Source: Paludibacteraceae bacterium (lineage in GTDB: Bacteria > Bacteroidota > Bacteroidia > Bacteroidales > Paludibacteraceae). Taken from it: a stretch of DNA of 64,000 bases. Shown one piece after another: positions 9,321 to 20,000 of this stretch; positions within the stretch are counted from its first letter, which is position 1; each line of letters starts with the position of its first letter. The position numbers were made by a program, and so were the translations under genes. The notes under the pieces were generated by a model. The model saw only the letters and a program-made list of their open reading frames with translations, did no database searches and was not told the DNA's origin. The stretch spans positions 6,154 through 70,153 of the forward strand of contig JAKSNQ010000001.1 of the NCBI GenBank assembly GCA_024399615.1. Reading direction: 5' to 3'.

Positions 9321-11978
9321 GTGAAAAGACAACTATTTTTCATAGTAATTATGCTCAGCCTGGGGCTGACAGCACTTGCACAAAACGAGGCAACCGACTC
9401 CACAGGCAATAACTCGGCTGCGGCCAGCAATGGCCCTGAGGTCAAAGTCAATGTGCCCAAAATAGAGTATTCTTTGCATCGCAAGACATACGAGATAGCA
9501 GAGATAACCATAACCGGAGCGCCCTCTTACGAAGATTTCGTATTGGTAGGTTTCTCGGGATTGGCAGTAGGAGATAAGATCGAAGTGCCCGGTGAACAGA
9601 TAACCAAGGCCATCAAGCGATTCTGGAAACAAGGTCTGTTCTCGGACGTGAAGATCGAGGCGACCAAGATAGAAGGGGATAAGATTTGGCTGAACATCGC
9701 ATTGAAGCAGCGTCCACGCGTATCGGAAGTGGTTTACCAGGGTATCAAAAAATCCGAGAAAGAAGACCTTGAGGCCAAAGTAGGCATCACTCGAGGCAGC
9801 CAGATGACGCCCAACTTGGCCGATCGTGCCAAGACCATGGTGAAAAAGTACTACTCGGAAAAGGGCTACCTCTACACCCAGGTCAAGGTGCACCAATACG
9901 ACGACTCGAAACACCCCGGCTACGTCAAGGTGCTGATAGATGTGGACAAGAAAGAGAAGACCAAGATTGCCAACATCTACCTCACAGGCAACGAGGCACT
10001 CAGCCACAACCAGATCAACCATGCCATGAAGAAGACCAATGATAACAACATTATCAACTTCTTCCGCACCAAGAAATTTGTGACCGAGGAGTATGAAAAC
10101 GACAAGAAATCGGTCATCGAGAAATATAACGAAATCGGTTATCGCGACGCATATATTGAGGCAGACTCGGTCATCATCAACCCAACCGATTCGACCAAAG
10201 TGGACGTATATATGACCATCAACGAGGGCAAGAAATACTACGTCCGTAACGTGCAATGGGTCGGCAACACCGTCTATCCATACGAGACACTCGACATGGT
10301 GCTGGGCATCAAGCGAGGCGACATCTACAACCTGAAGGAGTTGAACAAACGCCTGCAAGAAGACGATGACGCAGTAGCCAAATTGTACACCGATCGCGGT
10401 TACCTCTTCTTCAACGTCGATCCTGTCGAGGTCAAGATTGAGAACGACTCCATCGACTTTGAGATGCGCATGTACGAGGGCAAACCAGCCACCATCAACG
10501 AAGTCAATATCGTCGGCAACACGCGCGTTTATGAGCACGTCGTTCGCCGTGAGCTCTATACCAAGCCCGGTCAACTCTACTCACAGAGCGACATCATGCG
10601 CTCACTACGTGAGTTGGCTCAGATGGGCCACTTCGACCAAGAGAAATTGGTACCTGATATCCAACCAAACCCGGAAGACGGAACGGTGGACGTAACCTAC
10701 CAATTGGAAACCAAGTCATCAGACCAAATCGAGTTCTCACTCGGTTGGGGTGCTACTGGCTTGGTGGGATCGCTCGGTCTGAAGTTCACCAACTTCGCCA
10801 TCCAGAACCTCTTCACCGGCAAGAATTTCCGCATCGTGCCACAAGGCGAAGGTCAGACCTTCTCTATCAACGCGCGCACAAACGGTGTGTACTACACCTC
10901 TGCCAGTCTGTCGTTCATCGAGCCATGGTTGGGAGGCAAACGACCCAATTCGTTGAGTATCAGCGCCTACTTTGCTTCGCAAACCGGTTATTCAGACCGA
11001 TACATCAATGCGTACAACAGCCTCTACTCAACCTACTCCAGCTACTATTACGCATCGTATGGCAACAACTATAATGACTACTATTCGCAATTGCAAGAGC
11101 AGGAAGCCGACCCCGACAAGTACCTCCGTACTATTGGTGTACATATCGGCTATGGTAAGCGTTTGCACTGGCCAGACGACTATTTCACCTTCTACGGCGA
11201 GCTCAGTTATCAGCTCTACATGATGAAAAACTGGCCATATCTGCTTATCACAGATGGCAATTCGCACAACCTTGCGCTGACTCTGAGCTTGTCGCGTAAC
11301 TCCATCGACAACCCGATCTACACCCGCCGCGGTTCTTCATTCTCGCTCTCGCTGAAGGCTACTCCGCCCTGGTCTTCGTTCATCAAGAAAGACTATTCTG
11401 ATCCAACGATGACACTGGGCGAACGCTACCGACTGCTCGAGTACCACAAGTGGAAGTTCTCAGGCAAAGTTTTCACGCCGCTGACCAAGGACTCGAAAAT
11501 GGTACTGATGGCTCGTGCAGAGTTCGGTTATTTGGGCCATTATAACATCTTCTGCAAGTCCCCATTCGAGAGTTTCTACATGGGTGGTGACGGTATGACC
11601 AGTTACTCAAGCTACTCGACCGACTACATCGCCATGCGTGGTTATCAGTCCGGCTCACTCACGCCATATGACCCCATCACCGGTCGTAACCTCGGTTACG
11701 TGTACAACAAATACACGCTCGAGTTGCGCTATCCTATCTCACTCGAACAAAACGCCACCATCTGGGTGCACACTTTTGCCGAGGCCGGAAACTGCTGGGC
11801 GAATATCGAACAGTTCAATCCATTTGACCTCAAGCGTTCGCTCGGTCTGGGTGTACGTATCTACCTGCCTATGTTCGGCCTGATGGGTATCGACTGGGGC
11901 TGGGGCTTTGATAAAATCAACGGCTCAGACCAATACGGCAAGAGCCAATTCCACTTCGTACTCGGTCAAGAACTATAA
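9321..11978 (+). CDS. bamA: outer membrane protein assembly factor BamA
   Basis: 885 aa. Signal peptide, POTRA-length N-terminal repeats, C-terminal Omp85 barrel. Conserved uppS-bamA-skp order. GTG start. Confidence 0.9.
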   Translation: MKRQLFFIVIMLSLGLTALAQNEATDSTGNNSAAASNGPEVKVNVPKIEYSLHRKTYEIAEITITGAPSYEDFVLVGFSGLAVGDKIEVPGEQITKAIKRFWKQGLFSDVKIEATKIEGDKIWLNIALKQRPRVSEVVYQGIKKSEKEDLEAKVGITRGSQMTPNLADRAKTMVKKYYSEKGYLYTQVKVHQYDDSKHPGYVKVLIDVDKKEKTKIANIYLTGNEALSHNQINHAMKKTNDNNIINFFRTKKFVTEEYENDKKSVIEKYNEIGYRDAYIEADSVIINPTDSTKVDVYMTINEGKKYYVRNVQWVGNTVYPYETLDMVLGIKRGDIYNLKELNKRLQEDDDAVAKLYTDRGYLFFNVDPVEVKIENDSIDFEMRMYEGKPATINEVNIVGNTRVYEHVVRRELYTKPGQLYSQSDIMRSLRELAQMGHFDQEKLVPDIQPNPEDGTVDVTYQLETKSSDQIEFSLGWGATGLVGSLGLKFTNFAIQNLFTGKNFRIVPQGEGQTFSINARTNGVYYTSASLSFIEPWLGGKRPNSLSISAYFASQTGYSDRYINAYNSLYSTYSSYYYASYGNNYNDYYSQLQEQEADPDKYLRTIGVHIGYGKRLHWPDDYFTFYGELSYQLYMMKNWPYLLITDGNSHNLALTLSLSRNSIDNPIYTRRGSSFSLSLKATPPWSSFIKKDYSDPTMTLGERYRLLEYHKWKFSGKVFTPLTKDSKMVLMARAEFGYLGHYNIFCKSPFESFYMGGDGMTSYSSYSTDYIAMRGYQSGSLTPYDPITGRNLGYVYNKYTLELRYPISLEQNATIWVHTFAEAGNCWANIEQFNPFDLKRSLGLGVRIYLPMFGLMGIDWGWGFDKINGSDQYGKSQFHFVLGQEL

Positions 11979-11983
11979 TTGCA

Positions 11984-12502
11984 ATGAAACGATTACTATT
12001 TTGCATGTTGGCATGCCTTTTGCTAAGCACTATGCAGAGTGCTTTTGCACAGAAAGTGGCGTACGTGGACATACAGTACATTCTGAAGAACCTGCCGCAA
12101 TACGAGACCGCCAACGAGCAACTGAGCATGATCTCACGCCGTTGGCAGAAAGAGGTGGAAGCACTCAATCAGGAGGCACACGTACTGGAAACCAATTATC
12201 AGACCGAGCAAATCTTCCTGTCAGAGGAACTCAAGAAAAAGCGCGAAGAGGCAATCCTGGCCAAGCAGTCAGAGGCTCTCGAACTCAAACGCAAATATTT
12301 CGGTCAGGATGGCGAACTGTTCAAGAAACGCGAAGCCTTGCTCAAACCTATTCAAGATGATATCTACACCGCCATCCAGGAGATAGCACAAGACAAAAAA
12401 TACGATATTGTCAAGGACCGTAGCGCAGACCCTTCACTTATCTATCTCAGTTCGAAACTGGACATCTCGGATCAGGTACTGCAGAAATTGGGAGCAAAGT
12501 AA
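11984..12502 (+). CDS. OmpH/Skp family periplasmic chaperone
   Basis: 172 aa. Signal peptide plus coiled-coil-rich sequence, immediately after bamA. Confidence 0.85.
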   Translation: MKRLLFCMLACLLLSTMQSAFAQKVAYVDIQYILKNLPQYETANEQLSMISRRWQKEVEALNQEAHVLETNYQTEQIFLSEELKKKREEAILAKQSEALELKRKYFGQDGELFKKREALLKPIQDDIYTAIQEIAQDKKYDIVKDRSADPSLIYLSSKLDISDQVLQKLGAK

Positions 12503-12634
12503 CTACAGAAAAGGCTCATGCACGGCACTCATCCGATGACAAAGAAACAACAACGTGAGGCCATCATAACACCTCAGTTTTAAGATCATACACATCAAAC
12601 AATAGAATATTAATAATTAAACAATATCACAATT

Positions 12635-13126
12635 ATGAAGAAACTATTTTTTATTCTTGCTCTTGCATTGCCTATGTTGGCAAGCGCACAACAATTCGCA
12701 CACATCAACACTCAGGAGTTGTTCGTACAGATGCCTGAACTGAACGATGTAAAAGCCAAAATGGATACTTTGCAATCTCAATACGAGAATCAGTTGGCCA
12801 TGATGCAAGAGGAGCTCAACAAGAAAGTTCAGGAGTTCCAACAGGGTCAGGCAACCATGACTGATGGTGTACGTGAGTTCCGTCAGCAGGAATTGGCAGA
12901 TCTGGAGCAACGCGTACAGGTATTCTACCAAACAGCTCAGCAAGACATTCAGCGTAAGCAGCAGGAGTATCTGGCTCCTGTACAGGAGAAGATGCTCACC
13001 GCCATCCAGGAGGTAGGAAAAGAGAAAGGCTATACGTATGTGTTTGATACAGCAGCCATGCTCTACATTTCTGAGACAGCCAACGACATCATGGGTGATG
13101 TCAAACTGAAACTCGGCATCAAATAA
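12635..13126 (+). CDS. OmpH/Skp family periplasmic chaperone (second copy)
   Basis: 163 aa. Signal peptide MKKLFFILALALPMLASAQQ and a Gln/Glu-rich coiled coil. Confidence 0.85.
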   Translation: MKKLFFILALALPMLASAQQFAHINTQELFVQMPELNDVKAKMDTLQSQYENQLAMMQEELNKKVQEFQQGQATMTDGVREFRQQELADLEQRVQVFYQTAQQDIQRKQQEYLAPVQEKMLTAIQEVGKEKGYTYVFDTAAMLYISETANDIMGDVKLKLGIK

Positions 13127-13248
13127 TGGCAGACGGCTATCTGGAGAGTCACTACGCTGAGTACGAGAAACGCAAGGCAGAGTGGCTGAAAAAACAACAC
13201 AGACCCAACTCCTCCAAGGACCAGCAAAACCCTTGGAGGGATTTGTAA
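13126..13248 (+). CDS. possible 40-aa small protein, translationally coupled to skp
   Basis: Not in the ORF track (<60 aa). The ATG overlaps the skp stop (TAATG at 13124-13128). Product MADGYLESHYAEYEKRKAEWLKKQHRPNSSKDQQNPWRDL. Confidence 0.3.
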   Translation: MADGYLESHYAEYEKRKAEWLKKQHRPNSSKDQQNPWRDL

Positions 13249-13329
13249 TTCAAACGCTCCTTTTCGCAAGGGCCATTCTCTACAGGAAAGCCCCATTGAC
13301 ACAAGGACAACACCCCTTAATATTAGACT

Positions 13330-14724
13330 ATGGTACAAAAGATTCAACCAACGATGCGCGACAATGCGGTTGCGCGCTGGTCGGTGCTCGTGCTCGTTGC
13401 ATCGATGATGTTTTTTGCTTACATGCTGGCAGACGTCATGTCTCCACTCGAGACACTTCTCGAACTCCCAACTATTGAGAACGGTCAATTCGGATGGACC
13501 AGTACAAACTATGGTACTTTCCTTGCCGGAGAGTATATTTTCAATGTGCTCGGTTTCCTGATTCTGGCCGGCATTATTCTGGACAAGATGGGTGTCCGCT
13601 TTACTGGCATCCTTTCTGCCAGCCTGATGGTCATCGGTGCCTGCATCATGATGTATGCCGTCAGCGATGCTTTCCGTGGAACAGGCTTCGAGTCATGGCT
13701 CAATACCTGGTGGATTGGTACTCCTGCCACCTGTAAATTGTCGGCACTGGGTTTCATGATCTTCGGATGTGGCTGCGAGATGGCAGGTACGACGGTATCC
13801 AAGATTCTCGCGAAGTGGTTCAAGGGTAAGGAAATGGCGCTCGCTATGGGCTTGGAGATGGCTATCGCACGTATCGGTGTCTTCGCTGTCATGGCTTTCA
13901 TTCCTGCCATCTCTGCCGCATACGACCACTCGGTTTTCGCACCTGTTGCATTCTGTACACTCCTTCTGGTCATCGGACTTATCAATTTCATCGTATTCTC
14001 TGTAATGGACAAGCGCTTCGACAGCCAGCTCATCGCTATCGGTGAAGTCAATGAGGGCGGTTCAGAAGACGAGTTCCATATCTCAGACCTCGGTGCTATC
14101 TTTACCAGCAAGATGTTCTGGATCGTTGCATTCCTATGTGTGCTCTTCTACTCTGCAATCTTCCCATTCCAGAAGTACGCCCCACGTTTCCTGGCAGAGA
14201 CGATTATGGACAATGGTGAACTCATTTCCGTGACAGCAGCTGCCGGCCTCTTCTCTTTCTTCCCACTGCTCGCGATGGTACTCACACCATTCCTCGGCGC
14301 ATTCCTGGATAACAAAGGTAAGGGTGCAACCATGCTGGCACTTGGAGCTCTCATCATGGTCGTTTGTCATCTCAGTTTCGCTTTCATCTTGCCTATTTTC
14401 CCATATAAGTGGCTGGCTGTAGCGCTCATCGCAATCCTTGGCGTCAGCTTCTCACTCGTACCAGCAGCACTTTGGCCTTCTGTACCAAAGATTATAGACG
14501 AGAAGATTCTCGGCTCTGCATACTGCCTCATTTTCTGGGTGCAGAACGTGGGTCTCTGCCTCGTGCCACTGCTCATCGGCAAGGTAGTGGATGTCACCGG
14601 AGGATTCCGTGCGGCAATGATTATCTTCGCCAGCTTTGGTATTTTGGCATTCATTTGCTCATTCCTTCTGAAGATAGAGGATAAAAAGAAAAACTATGGA
14701 TTGGAGCTTCCTAATAAACAATAA
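13330..14724 (+). CDS. MFS transporter
   Basis: 464 aa, about 12 hydrophobic segments, two-halves MFS layout. Confidence 0.85.
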   Translation: MVQKIQPTMRDNAVARWSVLVLVASMMFFAYMLADVMSPLETLLELPTIENGQFGWTSTNYGTFLAGEYIFNVLGFLILAGIILDKMGVRFTGILSASLMVIGACIMMYAVSDAFRGTGFESWLNTWWIGTPATCKLSALGFMIFGCGCEMAGTTVSKILAKWFKGKEMALAMGLEMAIARIGVFAVMAFIPAISAAYDHSVFAPVAFCTLLLVIGLINFIVFSVMDKRFDSQLIAIGEVNEGGSEDEFHISDLGAIFTSKMFWIVAFLCVLFYSAIFPFQKYAPRFLAETIMDNGELISVTAAAGLFSFFPLLAMVLTPFLGAFLDNKGKGATMLALGALIMVVCHLSFAFILPIFPYKWLAVALIAILGVSFSLVPAALWPSVPKIIDEKILGSAYCLIFWVQNVGLCLVPLLIGKVVDVTGGFRAAMIIFASFGILAFICSFLLKIEDKKKNYGLELPNKQ

Positions 14725-15943
14725 ACAGTCCTTATCAGTCAGCACCGACAGCCGGGATATCCCGGCTGGGTGCATTTTCTTTGCCCTAAAAGGCGAGACA
14801 TTCAACGGCAACCAGTTTGCAGCACAAGCAATTGCCAAAGGAGCTGCATTGGCTATCATTGACGAGCCTGAGTTTAAGGCCGATGACGAGCACTATATGC
14901 TGGTGGACAATTGTTTGGTGGCGCTACAGGAGTTGGCGCGCGAGTGGCGACGCGAACTGGGTATCCCGGTCATCGGCATCACGGGTACCAACGGCAAAAC
15001 GACCACAAAAGAGTTGTTGGCAGCTGTGCTCAAAACCAAGTACAACTTACTGTACACACAAGGTAATCTCAACAACTCGATAGGCGTACCACTGACGGTA
15101 CTCAAGATGACGCGCGAACATAACCTTGCGCTCATTGAGATGGGTGCATCACACCCCGGTGATATCACCGAATTGGTCAACATATGCGAACCCAACTACG
15201 GCCTGATAACCAACGTGGGCAAAGCACACCTGTTGGGCTTCGGATCGTTTGAGGGTGTCATGAACACCAAACGTGAATTGTATGATTTTCTCGCCAAGCA
15301 TGACGGACAAGTGTTCATAAACAGCGATAATCCACACCTTATTAATATGTGGGCGCGCGCATGCGAAGAAACCAACGAACAATTGCCAATGACACGTGGC
15401 GAACTGCCGGCCGCTATTCTCTACCATACCGGAGAGATGCTACAAGACACGCATCTGGTGGGTGACTACAACTCAGAGAACGTGCAAGCTGCCCTTTGTG
15501 TAGGCGAGTATATGGGCATCGGTCGCGAACAAGGAGAGAAAGCCATTCGAGCCTACATACCACAAAACAACCGTTCACAACTACTTGACACACAGCACAA
15601 TACTGTAATAGTGGATGCATACAATGCCAATGTCACCTCAATGAACGCAGCTCTCAGCGCTTTTCGAGGAGACACCCTCATATTGGGCGATATGCGCGAA
15701 TTGGGCGAGTATTCTGCCAGCGAACATCAGGCGTTGGTGGACCTGATTGCCACAAAATCATTCAAGCATGTCTATCTGGTTGGAACCGAATTTGGCAAGA
15801 CAACGGCTCCAGTTGAATATCAGCGGTTTGAAAACGTCGAAGCGCTGAAAGAACACCTGGCCAAGTCGCCACTTATCGGTTGCCACATCCTGCTCAAAGG
15901 TTCGCATGGCATCCATCTGGAAAAGCTAATAGAAAACTTATAA
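14696..15943 (+). CDS. murF: UDP-N-acetylmuramoyl-tripeptide--D-alanyl-D-alanine ligase
   Basis: STDSRDIPAGCIFFALKGE N-domain and GITGTNGKTTTKELL P-loop. The start overlaps the MFS gene end by 29 nt. Confidence 0.9.
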   Translation: MDWSFLINNKQSLSVSTDSRDIPAGCIFFALKGETFNGNQFAAQAIAKGAALAIIDEPEFKADDEHYMLVDNCLVALQELAREWRRELGIPVIGITGTNGKTTTKELLAAVLKTKYNLLYTQGNLNNSIGVPLTVLKMTREHNLALIEMGASHPGDITELVNICEPNYGLITNVGKAHLLGFGSFEGVMNTKRELYDFLAKHDGQVFINSDNPHLINMWARACEETNEQLPMTRGELPAAILYHTGEMLQDTHLVGDYNSENVQAALCVGEYMGIGREQGEKAIRAYIPQNNRSQLLDTQHNTVIVDAYNANVTSMNAALSAFRGDTLILGDMRELGEYSASEHQALVDLIATKSFKHVYLVGTEFGKTTAPVEYQRFENVEALKEHLAKSPLIGCHILLKGSHGIHLEKLIENL

Positions 15944-16065
15944 CTCATCTCCATAACAATAGTACCAGCACGTCTAATGCCTATGGCGTGCAGAAAATTT
16001 TAAAAGAGGTAAGTTATTAGAACACCCCTTAACAATCAACAAACAAGAGACAGGAAAGGTTTCGT

Positions 16066-16947
16066 ATGAACAAGAACTACATCTACATTTTCTCTACTGT
16101 TATCATCGCGCTGGTAGCCGCGCTCGTATTTTTGTTTACCAAGACACAACAGCAAAGTCAGGATCTCGCTGCGATGGAAGAACTGATGTCTTTCGAAAAA
16201 GAGCAACTGGAGAACGAGTATCAGGAGTTAGCCATCCAGTATGATGGTTATCAGGTCAATATTTCGAACGACTCGCTGGTGGAACTGCTCTCACACGAAC
16301 AAAAACGTGTGCAGGATCTGCTAGAGGAGCTACGCATTACCAAGGCGACCAACGCACGTCGTATCGCCGAACTCAAGAAGGAGTTGGCAACTGTACGCAG
16401 TGTAATGAAAGGTTATGTGGCCCAGATTGACTCGCTGGATCGTGCCAACAAGAAACTGGTGACCGAAAACAAGCGAGTACGCGAGCAATATCAGGCCGTG
16501 AGTGCCCAAAATGAGACCCTCACCCGCGAAGCCAATCGTCTAAGCGAAGTGGTAACGCGCGCAGCAATGATGGAAGTGAGCCATTTTAGTGTCACACCGC
16601 TGGATAAGCGTGACCGAGCTACCAGATACTTCAGCAAGATTATGAAGTTGCAATTCAACTTCGACATCCTCAAGAACGTTACCGCTGATCCCGGGGAGAA
16701 GAATGTATATATGCTCTTGCGCCGCCCTGATGGCGAACCAATGACCAAAGCCGAGGACAACACCTTCTCATTCGAGGGCAGCCAAGTTCCCTACTCTATC
16801 CGTCAGTCATTCGAGTACGATGGCGAGTCGGTAGGCATGACGTTGTATTGGCCAGTAGAAGAAATACTGCAGGAGGGTACCTACAATGCCGATTTCTTCA
16901 TTGACGGTAACTTGTGCGGCAGTTTTCCTTTCCATTTAGGCAAATAA
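16066..16947 (+). CDS. hypothetical membrane-anchored coiled-coil protein
   Basis: N-terminal TM (IYIFSTVIIALVAALVFLF), about 130 aa of heptad-like Q/E/L-rich sequence, C-terminal beta-rich domain. Confidence 0.7.
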   Translation: MNKNYIYIFSTVIIALVAALVFLFTKTQQQSQDLAAMEELMSFEKEQLENEYQELAIQYDGYQVNISNDSLVELLSHEQKRVQDLLEELRITKATNARRIAELKKELATVRSVMKGYVAQIDSLDRANKKLVTENKRVREQYQAVSAQNETLTREANRLSEVVTRAAMMEVSHFSVTPLDKRDRATRYFSKIMKLQFNFDILKNVTADPGEKNVYMLLRRPDGEPMTKAEDNTFSFEGSQVPYSIRQSFEYDGESVGMTLYWPVEEILQEGTYNADFFIDGNLCGSFPFHLGK

Positions 16948-17017
16948 GCACAGTTAACGGGGAAACCACCATAACTCAAGACATACCAAAGTCCATGTCA
17001 GGACATCTACAAAAAAA

Positions 17018-17050
17018 GGAGTGCACCATTTTCGTGGTGCACTCCTTTTT
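17018..17050. terminator. bidirectional intrinsic terminator between convergent genes
   Basis: 10-bp perfect stem GGAGTGCACC/GGTGCACTCC, 8-nt loop, A-run upstream and T-run downstream. Confidence 0.7.
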
Positions 17051-17064
17051 AAAAAATACCGGGC

Positions 17065-20000
17065 TTACTTCACTCGGAGACCGGTGGTAGTATAAATGGC
17101 CTCTCCCTTACGGATATAGACCTTTCCATCGATGTAGAACTTCTCTGCAGGTGAGTCAGTGAATACATCTTCCAAACCAGACTCAGGATTTTCAGCACCA
17201 CGCTTATTCAGCAGTAATGACGCCTTAGCAGGAGTGAGCGACTTGTTGATGTCTTTAGGCAAAGCATACGCAATTAGGCCGGATTGACCGGTGATGATGA
17301 GGTTCTGTGCATAGTCCCAGTTCATTTGCAGCAAACCATAACCATTACCATCCCCTACACCATTGTCAGAAATCTCGGAGTGCTTGTAGCGATATGCCAG
17401 ATTGAGCGTTGGCGTACTGCCATTCCAATTCACGTTGAAAACAAGGAACTCGTTGTCACAACCATTGAGAATAAGGGTCTTCTCGTCAGGAGAGAGTGCG
17501 AAGCATGAACCCAGAGAGCCTTCAATAATGAGTGCCTCGTATTCGTCAACCGGTGCAAGGTGAGAAGTATACGTACATTCGCCTTCCCATGTGTAGAAAC
17601 GAAGAGATGTTGCACTTGAATTGTTGTTGCCGGCACTACGGTGCTGGCTTACCCAAACACCTTGTGAGCAACCCCAAACGTTACCATTGGTATTGGCCTG
17701 ACCGGCGAAGGTGATTTTCTGAGAAGGAGCACCATCCCAGAAATGAAGGATGCTGTCGTTCTCCTGACCTATGTTGTATACACACAAGCCATTCTCAGGC
17801 AAGGTAGCGCCCGGATCCTCGTTATAAACGAGCAACTTGGTGTCAGCACCTGTACCATACACGTAAACAGAAGAAGTAGATGAGCCTTCCTCCACACCAT
17901 TACTCTTCCACAAACCTGATGAGTTTTGTGAACCGGCAAAGAATGCAGTATGAAGCGTACGTACGTCAGCCTCTTCTGCCACATACACACCTGAGTGTGG
18001 GTCTGCCCAATCACCAATAAAGAGGGCACCATCGGAAGCAATACCAAAGCGGTAAGGCGAACCATAGTATGACTGACCACCCTTATATGCAGTCTCGTTC
18101 TCAAGTACGAAATCCGGAGTCATGATGTGGAGACCACTGCGCTGATCGTTCGCGCCAGCGCGGTCCATGAGATAAATCGTACCGAAATTTTCGGTCTGAG
18201 GATAGATGTTCACAGCGTTGAAGATACGGGTTCCGGCACATTCAGCAGGCGTCTTTTGTGCAATCACGCTCCAGTTGCCAACAGTTGGTGCAGTAGCCTC
18301 AATCGCCCATGTAAGGTCTGAGTCACGAGGCAATTCTGCAGGCGCCAAAGTAAGGGTATTGAGGCCCTTTTGAGCATTCGCCACTGCCACACGTTTAATC
18401 TCGCGCGCATTCTCATTATATATAATAAGGTCCGCGGAGATAGGATCGGTATTGAGAGTAAAGGTGAAGGTAGCGCCCTCTGCATTTTGGGTCAGATCCA
18501 ATCCATAAGCATAGATATTGGTAAATTTAGGTTGTGCCTGACCAACTGTAGTATAACGATAGATAGCATCATCCGTAGCCACATAGAGTATAATATTCTT
18601 GCCGTCTGCCAAAGGTTTCACGCTATAGTAAGTGGTTGGCTGATTGAGACTGATATTGGTGGTGGTGACGGTAGCCTCAGCCATTCCCTCGGTGAAGTTA
18701 TACAAATTCACTCCGGTAACGGCACCGTTGGCGTATTGAACCGCAGCCAAAACGGATTTACCGCCATACTTAAACGCACCTGCGCCTTTGGCAGCAGGGA
18801 GGTTGAAGTGCACGTCAGGGAACTGACCATCGGTGGTGAATCCATATTCCATAGACTTAGTGGCACCCAACAACATCACTTCTTCGTCGCTGTTAGGAGT
18901 AGCCAAAGCTGTGTATGCACCAAAGAGGTTCTCGTTAATCTCGTTTGCGTCAGATTGGTTGCGAACCACAGAAACGAGTTGCTTGTCCTCAGTAGTGAAC
19001 ATCGCCAAACGGATATTGGTAGAACCATAGATGGTCATGAAATCGGTGTACACATTTGCCTTATCCAACTTGCCAGAAACTGCGAATGAGCGTCCAACCC
19101 ATGCGTTGTAGTAAACAGCAGAATACTGGCTGCTAAACCATTGGGTAGGAGCAGCGCTAAGGTCTGCCATGTTCCAATAGTAGGTACGGAAGGTACCACG
19201 TGTCTGGAGGCCATTGCCCACCTCAGATGCGCTGAATTGGCACTCGGTATAGTTGCAACCTACCAGCACAGAGTCGGCCGTGAAGTCAATGCTATACAGA
19301 GGATAGATTTCGCCTTGTGTACCCTCGGTGGAAACCTCCTGAATCAATGCACCGGTAAGAGGATTGATCTTATAGAGGAAAGAGGTATGAGCCTCGGTAT
19401 CGATAGCGAGAACGTAAGCCTCTTTATCATCACGAACGAGTACCTGACGCACCTCTTTGCCGGCAACGAGACTGGCGAAAGATGCCGTTTGTGCCGCACC
19501 GAAATTATACTGACCGTCCAAACCGGTTACATCTTTTGACTTATCAGGATAGGTCTCAAACACGATAGGATCCGGTTCCCAGCTACTGTTGCGCAGATAG
19601 AGCATCGGATAAGTAGTGGTGTTGGCTGTAACGGTCACGTTTTCCGCCATCTGGGTAGCGTCCAGATCGAAATAACCCGGGCAGGATGCTGCCAAGTGGT
19701 AAGTACCGGGGGTGATGCTATCAAAGACGAAGATACCATTGTAGTAGTTGTCCACCTGATAGCTCTTGAGCGTATCACCTGCCTCGCTAAGCAGATAGAC
19801 AGTAGCACCATTACATGGCAGCCATTGGTCGTTGGTGCGAGGAGAAGGCTTGAAGTACTGATGTTGGAACTTCTGATCCATATCCTTTACCGTACCCATG
19901 ATATAGCCGAAAGTCTCAGGGTCTGCATTGTAGTAGGCGCAGATACCACGATAGTAGCGGGTTCCCTCCTGACGGCAGTAATCCTTGTTCAACGCACGGT

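Noticed and set aside
9333-10574. 413-aa ORF antisense to bamA
   Set aside because: It lies entirely inside, and opposite to, a gene with strong BamA features. Its product is V/D/L/H-rich and lacks motifs. Stop-poor antisense frames of this kind recur across the window, so it is a codon-usage artefact.
16015-16031. Exact 17-nt repeat TATTAGAACACCCCTTA also present at 52093-52109, both in intergenic spacers
   Set aside because: A rough expectation for an exact 17-mer recurring by chance in 64 kb is about 0.1-0.25. That is not significant on its own, and the copy at 16 kb has no inverted partner. Only the local palindrome at 52 kb is kept as a finding.
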